This document shows positions 29,413-38,995 of a DNA stretch of 64,000 nucleotides, in pieces. Within the stretch, counting starts at the first letter, position 1. Every line of letters begins with the position of its first letter. Both the position numbers and the translations under genes were made by a program. Source of the DNA: an uncultured Methanosarcinales archaeon (GTDB lineage Archaea > Nanobdellota > Nanobdellia > Woesearchaeales > ARS49); the NCBI GenBank assembly GCA_964358315.1, contig CAYHOF010000001.1, forward strand, positions 39,916 to 103,915. Reading direction: 5' to 3'. The notes below the pieces were generated by a model. The model had not been told where the DNA came from. It made no database searches and worked only from the letters and a program-made list of their open reading frames with translations.

Positions 29413-29460
29413 GCTCCCTCTTTTCTGTCCTCGAAACGGCGACAGCGCTCTTAAATCTTG

Positions 29461-30387
29461 CTACTTGCGCTCAGGATGGGTGTGGTGCGCGTGGTAGTGC
29501 TTCCAGAACGAGCTGTGCGTCACCCGGTCCTTGAGGTAGTCGTATTCCGTGCCGAAGCGTTCCTTGAGCATGTGCAACGACTTGGACAACTTCTCCTTCT
29601 TCTGCTCTGTCACGAACTTCTGCATGGTGTGCATCATGTCGTGGTAGAGGTCCTCTTCCTGGCCGAGCACGAACGTCTTCTTGCGCTTGATCGCGTCAAG
29701 GAATCCCTCGACATCGTCCGCCTTTGCCATGGTGAGGACGGTGCCGAGCTCGATCGTCGAGTGGCCATCCGACCCTCCGGTGATGCCTTTGTCGAGCGTG
29801 GCGGCCCAGCGCAGGCCGTGCTCGTTCATCTTCCGCAGGCAGCAGCCGTTGATGACCTCGATGCCGTGGATGTGCGTGAGCGCGTGCTTGTTGATGCTGT
29901 ACTTCTTCGACGCATACTTCTCGATCCCTATCGCGCCCGGACCGAAGGGGTGCGGCGCGATGCGCACGCAATCATACCGTGCGGCGATGTGCACGAGGTC
30001 CACAAAGCTCGGCGGCAAGAACCAGTCGTCCTTGCGCTTGAGCTTCACGATCTCCCTCTTGTAGAAATCCACCGCCTCGCCCGGCGTGTAGAAGAGCAGC
30101 ACGAGATGGATGCCTTCATGCGAGATGAGCTCCATGCCAGGCACGACGAACGCGTCCCCCTTCTTCTTCCAGATGGCAGGCACGCCCGCAACCGCATTGT
30201 GGTCCGTGATGGCGACACCGACACCCGTGCTCCTGCACCGCTTGAGCACGGCAGGGATCTTCGAGATCGCATCAAGACTGTACTGCGTGTGGAAATGCGT
30301 GTCGACCGCGACCCATCCCTCTTTCTTGAGCAGCTGCAACGGCAGACCATGCAGGTCGCACGCATCGCAGAACTGGTAGTGCTGCAT
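29461..30387 (-). CDS. PHP-family phosphoesterase
   Basis: DTHFHTQYSLD, AITDHN, PHPF, IEVING, GGSDGH. Confidence 0.9.
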   Translation of the reverse strand: MQHYQFCDACDLHGLPLQLLKKEGWVAVDTHFHTQYSLDAISKIPAVLKRCRSTGVGVAITDHNAVAGVPAIWKKKGDAFVVPGMELISHEGIHLVLLFYTPGEAVDFYKREIVKLKRKDDWFLPPSFVDLVHIAARYDCVRIAPHPFGPGAIGIEKYASKKYSINKHALTHIHGIEVINGCCLRKMNEHGLRWAATLDKGITGGSDGHSTIELGTVLTMAKADDVEGFLDAIKRKKTFVLGQEEDLYHDMMHTMQKFVTEQKKEKLSKSLHMLKERFGTEYDYLKDRVTHSSFWKHYHAHHTHPERK

Positions 30388-30468
30388 GACGCGAACCAGA
30401 GGCGCGCCACTATATAAAAAGTATGTTCGGTCGAGCCGCGGCGTGGACGCCGCATTATCCGCTCACGT

Positions 30469-31119
30469 TCAGTTGGTCACGTGCTCGCGCGCAAGGTGAG
30501 GTGTCTTGTTCCACGCCAGGCAATGCCACTCGCCGTCATACGAGAACGTCGCGAACGCGGTGTGATAGAATTTCAGCTTCCACGACTCGCCGCGCTTGGG
30601 GCTGTCAGTGATGCCGCGGTAGAGGCAGCGGATGGCGAGGCCGTGGCTGACGACCAGTACGCTGCCGTGCTTCTTGCCGGCAAGTCCGTTGGTTGCCAGC
30701 ATGTCCATCTCCGCGAGCATGCGCGCCTCGACCATGTTGAGAGATTCTCCTTCAGGCGGACAGAAATCGCCCTTGCCCGCGTCCATCGCCAGCTTCACCT
30801 CGGGCGTGTACGTCTCGCTGCGCACCTTCCCTGTCCACGCGCCCTGGTCGTTCTCGAGCAGCGCGTCGCTCGTCACGATGCTCTCGAGCGGGATGCGCAG
30901 GCGGTCGCACACGAGCCGCGCGGTATGCAGCGCGCGCGGGGACGTCGAGCTGTACACGTGGTCGAAACGCGCCTGGTTGCGCGCCAAGTACTCGCCCAAC
31001 CGTGTCGCCTGCGAGATGCCTTGTTGCGTGAGCTTGGCATCAGGAGCCCTGCCTGTGATGATGTCGCGCTCAAGATTGTGCTCTGCCTGCGCGTGCCGCG
31101 CCACCATGAAGTATAGCAT
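30469..31119 (-). CDS. Histidine phosphatase (phosphoglycerate mutase superfamily)
   Basis: ARHAQ, YSSTSPRALHTA, LLENDQG, PEGES, VSHG. Confidence 0.9.
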   Translation of the reverse strand: MLYFMVARHAQAEHNLERDIITGRAPDAKLTQQGISQATRLGEYLARNQARFDHVYSSTSPRALHTARLVCDRLRIPLESIVTSDALLENDQGAWTGKVRSETYTPEVKLAMDAGKGDFCPPEGESLNMVEARMLAEMDMLATNGLAGKKHGSVLVVSHGLAIRCLYRGITDSPKRGESWKLKFYHTAFATFSYDGEWHCLAWNKTPHLAREHVTN

Positions 31120-31167
31120 GGCTTGCGCTGCATTGTATCTATTTAAAAAAACAATGAATAAGAAGAA

Positions 31168-33036
31168 CTAGCCCAGGTTCACGAGCACTTCGACGTCGGG
31201 TCCGAAGACTTTCTTGAGTCCTTCGAAGAGTTTCTCGCGCACGAAGACGCGCGGCGGGATGGGTGTGTTCGCGATCGCGTGCTCGTATTCCTCGAGCTTG
31301 CTGTCCTGCAACACGCCGATGCCGCCGTCCGGCATGACTTTGGCCTTGCTGATGCGCTTGTGCTCCTCGTCAAGGTCGTGGATGACGAAGGCGGTGCCTT
31401 CGAGCATCACGAGCTCGCCGAACTTGTGGCCGTACTTGACGCGCACTTTGGCGCGTTCCAGTTCGCGGCCGCGTGAGCGCTGCACGAAGTCGAGGATGCT
31501 GCGCAGCAGTTCTGTGGCTGCCTTGCGTGCCTCGTCCACTTCGTTCTTGGTGAGCTTGCCTTTGTCATACGCTGTCTTGGCGTCGATGAGCAGGTTCAGC
31601 GGTTTGAGCAGCGCGCTCGGCACCTTGCCGGTCTTTATGAGGCGGCGCTCGAAGGTCGCGAGCACCTCATCCTCAGGCACGTCGCGCTCGCCTGCGAGGC
31701 GCAGCGCGTCGCGTACCGCGGCCATGACGCCGTCGTAGAGGTGCACGAGCGTGTCCTTCTCGACCACGGCCTCGATCTGCGTGAAGAGGCGCTTGATGCG
31801 CTTGAGGTATTTGTCGGCGTTGCCAAGCAGTTCGTCCACTTCCTTGCCTGTCATCTCCTTCTTGGTGCCGTGCTCGAGCTCCTTGCGGATCCTGATCGTG
31901 TCCTCGAGGATCTTCACGTCGGCTTCGCCGAGCAGCTTCTCGCGCTTGACGAAGATCTCACGCATGACCTCCGGCGTCTCTTTGGGCGTCGGGGGCGGGA
32001 GGCCGTAGAGCATGATGCTCGCCTGGCTTGGCGTGAGGATGCTCCAGAACACGTCCTCCATGCCGATCTCGCGCAGCTTCAGCTTGACGCGGTCCAGCCC
32101 TTGCTCGCCTGAGCTCATGTAGATGTCGATGGCCTCGGTGCTGGGCTTGATCTTGCCCATGCGCAGGAGCTGCTTCCAGGGCATGAAGATGCCGCGGTCG
32201 TAGAGCGGGATGCCATCACGCAGGAACGTGAACGCGATGGGGTTCGCCTCGCGCATCATGTCCCAGAAGTCCGTGAGGATGTAGACCTGGATGTTGATCT
32301 TGTTCTGGATGCCCGTGATCTGGCCTGCTTCGAAGCCCATGCCGATGATGATGCTGCGCAGCTTGTCCTTGAGCTCGCCGCGCGTCATCTTCTTCACGTC
32401 CGTGTCGTCGATGACGACGAACACGTCGATGTCCGACTCCGGCGTGGCCTTGCCTTGCACGAGGCTTCCTGCGAGCACGTAGGCGACGATGTACTTCTCG
32501 AACTTCTTGAGCACCATCGACTTGTGCACTTCGCTGATCTTGACTGCGCTGAGCATGCCGCGGTCGAAGACAGGCGCGCTCATCGCGACCATCTGTGTCA
32601 GGTCGCTTTTGCCGTCGTAGCATGACTGCCACAGTTCGCTGATGATGACGACATTGGGCACGAAGTTCTTGTCCGTCTCCTTCGCGACGTTCTGGATGAC
32701 GGTCGTGAGCTTCTCCTTGAGTTCCTGCTTTGACATCTTCGACGAGTCCGAATCGTCGACGAGGATCAAGAGGTGGACTTCGTCCTTCTGCTCGGGCTTC
32801 GCTTCGGGTGGAGGCGGCAAGAGGCCGATGCCCATGATGTACTTGTCGAACTTCTCGACGAGCTCTTTCTGGAACGTGTCGATCTTGACCTTGATTGCCT
32901 TGAGTTTCTCCTCGACTTCAGGCGGCAGCGGCGGTTGTCCTGGCACGGCAGGCATCGCTGGCGGTGCTGCTTGCGCCTTCTGCTCTTTGTAGTCCTTGGG
33001 AGATTCCTTTGTCTCTGTCTTCTTTTCCTTTGCCAT
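31168..33036 (-). CDS. Nucleotidyltransferase-domain protein with duplicated NTase fold and helical (HEPN-like) region
   Basis: LAGSLVQGKATPESDIDVFVVIDD (Pol-beta GS..DxD) and a degenerate first copy; GAGGT SD 7 nt before ATG 33036. Confidence 0.8.
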   Translation of the reverse strand: MAKEKKTETKESPKDYKEQKAQAAPPAMPAVPGQPPLPPEVEEKLKAIKVKIDTFQKELVEKFDKYIMGIGLLPPPPEAKPEQKDEVHLLILVDDSDSSKMSKQELKEKLTTVIQNVAKETDKNFVPNVVIISELWQSCYDGKSDLTQMVAMSAPVFDRGMLSAVKISEVHKSMVLKKFEKYIVAYVLAGSLVQGKATPESDIDVFVVIDDTDVKKMTRGELKDKLRSIIIGMGFEAGQITGIQNKINIQVYILTDFWDMMREANPIAFTFLRDGIPLYDRGIFMPWKQLLRMGKIKPSTEAIDIYMSSGEQGLDRVKLKLREIGMEDVFWSILTPSQASIMLYGLPPPTPKETPEVMREIFVKREKLLGEADVKILEDTIRIRKELEHGTKKEMTGKEVDELLGNADKYLKRIKRLFTQIEAVVEKDTLVHLYDGVMAAVRDALRLAGERDVPEDEVLATFERRLIKTGKVPSALLKPLNLLIDAKTAYDKGKLTKNEVDEARKAATELLRSILDFVQRSRGRELERAKVRVKYGHKFGELVMLEGTAFVIHDLDEEHKRISKAKVMPDGGIGVLQDSKLEEYEHAIANTPIPPRVFVREKLFEGLKKVFGPDVEVLVNLG

Positions 33037-33042
33037 AGTCAT

Positions 33043-33903
33043 TTACCTCACTGATAGCACGCGGTGCGCGAGCTCGCTGAACACGTCCATCGCGGCCTTG
33101 CCTTTCTCGACAAGGTCGGCGACGAAGTTGAACGCGACGTCGTGCAGGCCGTTGCGTGCCGGGTTCGGATTGATCGCGTGCCCGATGCCCGCGATGTTGT
33201 TGTCCTTGATCGTCTTCATCCACGCGAGGCTGAACGCGAACGCCTTGCCTTCCTCGTCGTGGATTCTTGGTAATGGTTGGCTCATGACGTGGCCGAGCTC
33301 GTGCCCGATCGTGAGCAGCAAGCGGTCCATCTCGTCTTTTCTCGCGAAGATCTCGCTCGTGCCCCAACCGACGCGATTCAGCGCGAAGCCTGCGATGTTG
33401 CTCTCCCACTGGCCCGGGTATGCCATGGCGAGTTGTTCCTCGCTGCCGATACGGATGATGATGTCATGCGGCAGTTCGCTGCCCATGAGCAGCCGGAACG
33501 CTTCCTCGACATGCGGACGGACTTCCTCTGCATTGCCGACAAACGGCGTGCGCGGCCTGTGCGGATCGAGAAAGTCGTCTGCTGCGAATGCTGCAGACGC
33601 CATCTCTTGCCGTTGCGCGAGGTGATACACCATGTCATCTTTTGGTGCGACGTAGTTGGTCGCGGGTGCGTAGGATGCGGTTTCTGTCGTGCTCGCGTAG
33701 GCGCGTTCTGCGTATCCTTGGCTCGCATAGGGTTGTACGCTGCCGTAGTTGTTGTCTGCGTCTGCGGCAGACGCGCTTGCGTACGCGACCGTTCCTCTGA
33801 CCGGGCTTGGTGTACTTGCCATGTATTCAAGAGGGCTGGGCCTGCCGAAATCCTGGCGCATACCGCCGGACTGCATCGACCCGTACCCCCCGCCTGCGTA
33901 CAT
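33043..33903 (-). CDS. Hypothetical protein with HExxH zinc-binding motif and low-complexity N-terminus
   Basis: TIGHELGHV...EEGKA (gluzincin-like); Tyr/Ala/Ser-rich N-terminus. Confidence 0.7.
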   Translation of the reverse strand: MYAGGGYGSMQSGGMRQDFGRPSPLEYMASTPSPVRGTVAYASASAADADNNYGSVQPYASQGYAERAYASTTETASYAPATNYVAPKDDMVYHLAQRQEMASAAFAADDFLDPHRPRTPFVGNAEEVRPHVEEAFRLLMGSELPHDIIIRIGSEEQLAMAYPGQWESNIAGFALNRVGWGTSEIFARKDEMDRLLLTIGHELGHVMSQPLPRIHDEEGKAFAFSLAWMKTIKDNNIAGIGHAINPNPARNGLHDVAFNFVADLVEKGKAAMDVFSELAHRVLSVR

Positions 33904-34119
33904 TTACAGCGCTCCTTCGAGTGACTTCTTCTTGCCTGTCGCAGTGGTCTTCTTCGCTTCTGCTTCGAGGTCGACGCCGAGTTCCTTGAGTGCCTTGATG
34001 TGCATCTGCATGAGCTGCTCGACGATGCCAAGCACTTTCATGAATTCCTCGCGCTCTTTCGCGAGCGTGGTGAGCGCTCCCTTGTGGAAGCCGACTTGTT
34101 CATCCTTGCTTTCTGCCAT
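33904..34119 (-). CDS. Small coiled-coil hypothetical protein
   Basis: Tightly packed in operon, host-like codon usage, GGGGA SD-like sequence. Confidence 0.7.
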   Translation of the reverse strand: MAESKDEQVGFHKGALTTLAKEREEFMKVLGIVEQLMQMHIKALKELGVDLEAEAKKTTATGKKKSLEGAL

Positions 34120-34143
34120 TGGAAATCCCCCGTTCTCTTCGTT

Positions 34144-34533
34144 TTATTTCTTTCCCGTTGTGCCGCTATAGCCTGGCTTGGCTGCATATGCAGGTCCGCC
34201 GGCGAGCGCTGGCTGGTAGCCCGCACCAAGGCTCTGCTCGGCCTTCTGGTAGAAGGACTGCATCGCCTTGTATGCCTGGCCCATCTGCATGTATGTGTTC
34301 ATGATGACGTTCGCGAGCAAGTCCATCATGCTCGCTTCGCCCTGATAGTTGGTCCGCTGCGGCATCTGGAACCTGGTCTTGTCCAGGATGTCGTCAAGCG
34401 GCGGCGTGCCTTTCGGGCTTGCCGGATCGTACTGTCGCGCTGCGACAGGAGGCAATGCGCTGTCCTTCTTACTGTATTGTGAAGGCGTGCCAGCGGCATA
34501 GGCCTTCTCCGGTTGTTTTGTTTGTTCTTTCAT
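34144..34533 (-). CDS. Hypothetical low-complexity protein (start uncertain: 34533, 34551 or 34560)
   Basis: Open frame at head of the four-gene operon; AYAA repeats. Confidence 0.55.
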   Translation of the reverse strand: MKEQTKQPEKAYAAGTPSQYSKKDSALPPVAARQYDPASPKGTPPLDDILDKTRFQMPQRTNYQGEASMMDLLANVIMNTYMQMGQAYKAMQSFYQKAEQSLGAGYQPALAGGPAYAAKPGYSGTTGKK

Positions 34534-34693
34534 GATCGTGAGGTGTGACATTCCTGTCACACGCCTCCTTTCAGGCTTTATAACCATATAAGAACACCTA
34601 TAGTCCAGACACTATGATTGGGACAAGAAAGTCATACTTCTCCGGATTGAACGACACGAGTATTTTTGTAGAAGGTCACATATCCCGAAGTAC

Positions 34694-34915
34694 ATGACGA
34701 AGAAGATGTCGGTGAAGAAAACAATGGCTGATTTTGCAGGTATCTGGAAAGATCTTGATACCGACGCAATGAAGAAGACGATTGCTGAAGGCCGCAAGCG
34801 ACCACTGAGAAACTTCTTCGCTACGTGGCCCGGTACTAAGGACGAACTTGATTGCATCGAGAAGGAACTCGCGAAAGAACGGCGGCGCGTCAAGACGCGT
34901 CGTGTCATATTGTAG
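34694..34915 (+). CDS. Orphan VapB-like antitoxin fragment
   Basis: MADFAGIWKD and FFATWPG..ELAKERRR resemble the toxin-binding C-termini of archaeal VapB antitoxins; no DNA-binding N-terminus, no adjacent toxin. Confidence 0.5.
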   Translation: MTKKMSVKKTMADFAGIWKDLDTDAMKKTIAEGRKRPLRNFFATWPGTKDELDCIEKELAKERRRVKTRRVIL

Positions 34916-36070
34916 TCATTCCTTCGTGTCATTGCTCTTCATTTTGCAGTCGATGACGACCAGAGGCACCAGCATCTCGGCTTCGCTCAGGCCACCATGG
35001 TTGGAGATGTGGAGCGTGACCGGCTCGCCCAGAAGGTAATCCTTGAGCGCGTAGCCTTCCTTCATGACGATGATGTAGTCGCCGACGCGGTCGTGCAGCG
35101 ATGGGTGCTGAGGTCCCTTGCCGAACCATCCTTGCCGGATCGCGTCCTTGCTCTTCACGAGCGTACAATATTTTTTCAACCGCGTCCTCACATATGTCTC
35201 GAACGCCTTGGTCATGCCAGGACGCACGTAACAATACGGTGCGCGTGCCTCGCCCGAAAGCGGCATGGACAGCATCGCTTCAAGACGAGGGTGGTCCTTG
35301 AGCAGGATCTTCTTCGCCAATGCGTGGCCGTGGTCGGCGGTCACGACGATGGTCGTGTCCGTTCCACGCAGCGCTTCCGTCAGCCGCGCGAGTCGCCGAT
35401 CGATCTGGTTGACGTGCCTGCGCGCCACCGTGCTTTGCGGACCGTGATGATGGTTGAGCTTGTCGACGTCCGACCAGTACGCATACACATATTTCCGTCC
35501 GCGGCCGCGCACGATACGCTTGACTGCGCCGAACATGCCGTTGAGCGTGTTGAACCCGACACGCTTCGCCTTGCCCGTATGCGCTTTGTTGAACACGGTG
35601 TCTTTGAGGTCGTTGTGCAGTACGGTGAACACTCTCGCGTCCATGGTGTCGAACACTGAGCGCCGCACGAACAATCCTTCCGGAGGACACCTGAGATGAC
35701 CGCCAGAGCGCGTCGTGTACCTGAGCGGCGTGGTGATCGCGCCGGTCTCTTTCATGTACGTCCACCACCCGGTGAGGCCGTGCTGCTGGCACGTCACGCC
35801 AGTGTGGAACATCGTGATGCAGTTCGCGGTGGTGCTCGGGAACAACGACGTCATCATGCCCTTGAGGCCGCGTCGTAATGTCGGGTAGCGACCGTCCATG
35901 AGCTGACGGTGGCCAAGGCCATCGATGACGATGAAGACCACGTTCTTCGCACCCAGCGCCGAAGCAGGCAACAGTTTGAGTTGCGGGTAGAACGCCTTGC
36001 CGCCGCGGGAGAGCGACAACGAACTCATGAGGTTCACGATGCTGCCGCCGTCATAGTCAGGAAGAATCAT
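34916..36070 (-). CDS. Alkaline phosphatase superfamily (nucleotide pyrophosphatase/phosphodiesterase)
   Basis: IDGLG, FPSTT, DKLNH, TADHG, NHGGLS. Confidence 0.9.
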   Translation of the reverse strand: MILPDYDGGSIVNLMSSLSLSRGGKAFYPQLKLLPASALGAKNVVFIVIDGLGHRQLMDGRYPTLRRGLKGMMTSLFPSTTANCITMFHTGVTCQQHGLTGWWTYMKETGAITTPLRYTTRSGGHLRCPPEGLFVRRSVFDTMDARVFTVLHNDLKDTVFNKAHTGKAKRVGFNTLNGMFGAVKRIVRGRGRKYVYAYWSDVDKLNHHHGPQSTVARRHVNQIDRRLARLTEALRGTDTTIVVTADHGHALAKKILLKDHPRLEAMLSMPLSGEARAPYCYVRPGMTKAFETYVRTRLKKYCTLVKSKDAIRQGWFGKGPQHPSLHDRVGDYIIVMKEGYALKDYLLGEPVTLHISNHGGLSEAEMLVPLVVIDCKMKSNDTKE

Positions 36071-36123
36071 GATCGTGCATGCCCTGTCTGTGTATTAAAA
36101 TGTAGCGTGCTCAGAACCAGTTC

Positions 36124-38034
36124 TCACGCGGCGACTGCCCTCAGGTAACTCGTGAGGATTATGATGAACGCCGTCGTTATAATCACGTTCAGGAGGATGC
36201 CGAGGACGCCTATGATCAATCCTGCGGTCGCGATACCTGTCGGTTTGGTCTTGCTCTGCTTCCTCGCGAACACCACTGCGAGTATGGCAAGCACCATGCC
36301 GATGACCGGCAGCGCGAAGAAGATGCTTGCGATGGCGAACACCAGGCTCACGACACCATTGTTCGTGCCATTGTCCTTCCCTGGCTTCTTCTGCACGGCT
36401 TGTTTTGTTGTCTTGCCGCGTCTTTTTCTGAGGAAAAGAATGATGCCAGCGATTACCAACAACGCGACAAGGGCGGGTATCGCCTTGAGCCAGAACGTCG
36501 ATGGCTTTGGTGGTGCCGGTGCTTCCTCTGGCATGACGCCAACGACGTAGAACGAGAACCCCTCCACCCTGCCGAAGACCTTCTTGTTCACTTTGTCCAC
36601 GAAGACGTTCTTGACCCTGCTGAACGTGAGCTTGCCCTCGGTGACGACCGCGTGGAAGAGGCCGACATCGTCCTCCGTGTACCCTTCCGGTATCAGTTCG
36701 GGTAAGTACTTGATCTCGAGCGTGAACGGACCGACCTCGTAGTCGCCGCTGACTTTCGGTTCTGCCTGGCTTATCTCGTACACGGATTTCCCCTCTGAGA
36801 TGATGCCGAAGTCGTTCGTGAGCGCTTCAAGCGTTTCCTTGGGCAACACGTACTTGGCGACCTTGAGCGCCACCGCCTCACCCACGACTTGTCCTCCCCA
36901 GACCGCGACGTCCTTCGCGCTCGTCGACACCCGCACGTCCAACCCTTCGGGCAAGTAGATCGTTTCGTCGATCAATACTTCCCTGCCGTTGAACGCGTCC
37001 TTGAGTTCTTTGAGTAGCGACGGGTCCGTGATGTCCTGCTGCTCGCCGGGCAGCTCATGATTCGTGATGATCGGTGGCGGAGGCTCGGGGAACTTGGTCC
37101 TTCCCGCAGGCGTCTGTGCCTCGACCCTGTGCCGGTCATACTCGACGTGGATGTGGGGCTGGCTGTTCTTGATGACGCACCCGGGCAGTGGCGGCAGCAC
37201 GGAAGGATCAGGCACTTCAAGGCACACGTCGTACGTTTCCGGAAGCTCTTGCTGGAGCCGTTGGAAGATTTGCACGGCTTTGTCAGTGCTCAAGTCCTTG
37301 ATGCGCAGGTCCACCGCGTCCCCTGACTGGTGATAGGAGAACTTGCCTTTCCTTGGCCGATACCCTGACGTCACGACCGCGTTGCGTCCAGCGACGTCCC
37401 TGAACACGTCATTGATCGCCGGAAATTGTTGTGCCATTTCCCGTTTGACGTGCGCGATATCAACGGTCTTGTCAGCCGCCTCTAGCTCGTTGCGAGGCAC
37501 CTTGCTCTTGCACTCCTTGTACGCCTCGATCGCCTGCGTGTTCTGCGCATCGCACAATTTCACGCACGCCGCATCGATGTCATGATACGAACTCGGCCCT
37601 TGCGCGACACAATCATCATAGTCCTGTCTGTCCTGCACGTTCCGGTTGTCGCATTCCGTGAGGCAGTCCTCAAATTCGTAGGTAGGGTAACTCGGCAAGC
37701 CCGCGCATTCCTGCCTGCACTCCCGCCATTGCGGAAACACGCATTGGCGCTGACGCAACACAGTGCATTCCTGCGGACACGCTGTCAGTGTTGGCGTGGT
37801 GCACGATTCAGGTTCTGCTTCAGGCTCTGCCGGTTCAGGTTCTTCTGTTCGGGTTACAGGTCCTCCAGAACTTGTTCCACCATCGCAACATTCAGGACAC
37901 GGCGCGCCGGTATTAGGATCGACAGGAACGCATTCGCCCTCGACTTCAGGGATGTTGAACTGTGCATACGCGACACTCGCGCACAACACAACGACTACGA
38001 GAACCGTCACTACGACAAATCGTTTATGGGACAT
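36124..38034 (-). CDS. Membrane-anchored protein with Cys-rich region, peptidase M15 (DD-peptidase/Hedgehog fold) domain and DUF4190-like C-terminus
   Basis: VVTSGYRP, SYHQSGDAVDLR (H-x6-D), HIHVEY; signal peptide; three C-terminal TMs. Confidence 0.8.
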   Translation of the reverse strand: MSHKRFVVVTVLVVVVLCASVAYAQFNIPEVEGECVPVDPNTGAPCPECCDGGTSSGGPVTRTEEPEPAEPEAEPESCTTPTLTACPQECTVLRQRQCVFPQWRECRQECAGLPSYPTYEFEDCLTECDNRNVQDRQDYDDCVAQGPSSYHDIDAACVKLCDAQNTQAIEAYKECKSKVPRNELEAADKTVDIAHVKREMAQQFPAINDVFRDVAGRNAVVTSGYRPRKGKFSYHQSGDAVDLRIKDLSTDKAVQIFQRLQQELPETYDVCLEVPDPSVLPPLPGCVIKNSQPHIHVEYDRHRVEAQTPAGRTKFPEPPPPIITNHELPGEQQDITDPSLLKELKDAFNGREVLIDETIYLPEGLDVRVSTSAKDVAVWGGQVVGEAVALKVAKYVLPKETLEALTNDFGIISEGKSVYEISQAEPKVSGDYEVGPFTLEIKYLPELIPEGYTEDDVGLFHAVVTEGKLTFSRVKNVFVDKVNKKVFGRVEGFSFYVVGVMPEEAPAPPKPSTFWLKAIPALVALLVIAGIILFLRKRRGKTTKQAVQKKPGKDNGTNNGVVSLVFAIASIFFALPVIGMVLAILAVVFARKQSKTKPTGIATAGLIIGVLGILLNVIITTAFIIILTSYLRAVAA

Positions 38035-38048
38035 ACTGTGTTTCCGTC

Positions 38049-38939
38049 TCAACCAACCACGCCGGCAGGGACCGCGTCCAATAGCGCGGCGTACATCTCT
38101 TTGTAATCCTTCGCGAGGGTTTCCTTCTGCTCAGAGAAATATTGTTGCGCGTTCTCCAAGACCTCTTTTTTCTCGTCCGCTGTCAGCGGACGTTCTTCTA
38201 TACATCGCGGAGGGATGCCGCCGCCCTGATATGGCTCGTAGACGCATCGCAGCGCGTCCTTGGAATCCACGTACTCCGTGACCTTCTTCTCCAACGCCTC
38301 GAGCTGCGCCGTGCCATGGTCCCTCATGGACTCTGCCGAGGAGAAGTAAATCTTCATCTCATCACGCCACGGCATTGCTGCGTTGTGGAATACCTGTTTT
38401 TCATACACGCGGTAGTCAATGCCGTCGGCGAAGCTCACCGACCGTGCGGGTTCCTGGTCCTGCGTGATGAAGTCAAAATTGATGTTGAAGCCATCGCCCA
38501 CCACTGATTTGCCGTTCTCGCTGAAGGAGAACGCGACCGCCCAGCCCTGTCGCGGCACCTTCGTCACGCCAAAGCCGATGCCGAAAAACTCCGGCTCGTC
38601 CCCGAAATGAAGCGTGTACAACTCGATGATTTCCTGGTCCTTATCGTTCGCGGTCGATGCTGATGGCAGGCAATCCTCCGGCGCACCGCTGCCCGTGCAC
38701 CACCGCTTCTCGTAGAAGTTGCCGGCCTCTTCATATCCTACCTCTCTCCAGCCCAAGCCCGTGCGCTTTTCTATGATGCTCTCGATCTTCAGGATCCTGT
38801 CCCGCTCGGCGCTTGATTCGAACTGCAACGATGACAACGACCCGTCAAGAAACAACCGTGGCGTCGAGCCGTCCTGTCCAGTGCAGCCGAGCAGGAGCGC
38901 AGGCAACAGCAGTGCCATGATCACCCATTTTTTGCACAT
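38049..38939 (-). CDS. Hypothetical lipoprotein
   Basis: Lipobox-like LLGC after hydrophobic stretch. Confidence 0.7.
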   Translation of the reverse strand: MCKKWVIMALLLPALLLGCTGQDGSTPRLFLDGSLSSLQFESSAERDRILKIESIIEKRTGLGWREVGYEEAGNFYEKRWCTGSGAPEDCLPSASTANDKDQEIIELYTLHFGDEPEFFGIGFGVTKVPRQGWAVAFSFSENGKSVVGDGFNINFDFITQDQEPARSVSFADGIDYRVYEKQVFHNAAMPWRDEMKIYFSSAESMRDHGTAQLEALEKKVTEYVDSKDALRCVYEPYQGGGIPPRCIEERPLTADEKKEVLENAQQYFSEQKETLAKDYKEMYAALLDAVPAGVVG

Positions 38940-38995
38940 GCACGTGCAATGGTGCCAAGACCATAAAAATGTGACGGTGCGATGCTACGCCGGAA

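Noticed and set aside
34642-34660. CCGGATTGAACGACACG as a fifth copy of the shared motif
   Set aside because: Match beyond CCGGA is too weak and spacing to the start is ambiguous (52 or 64 nt).
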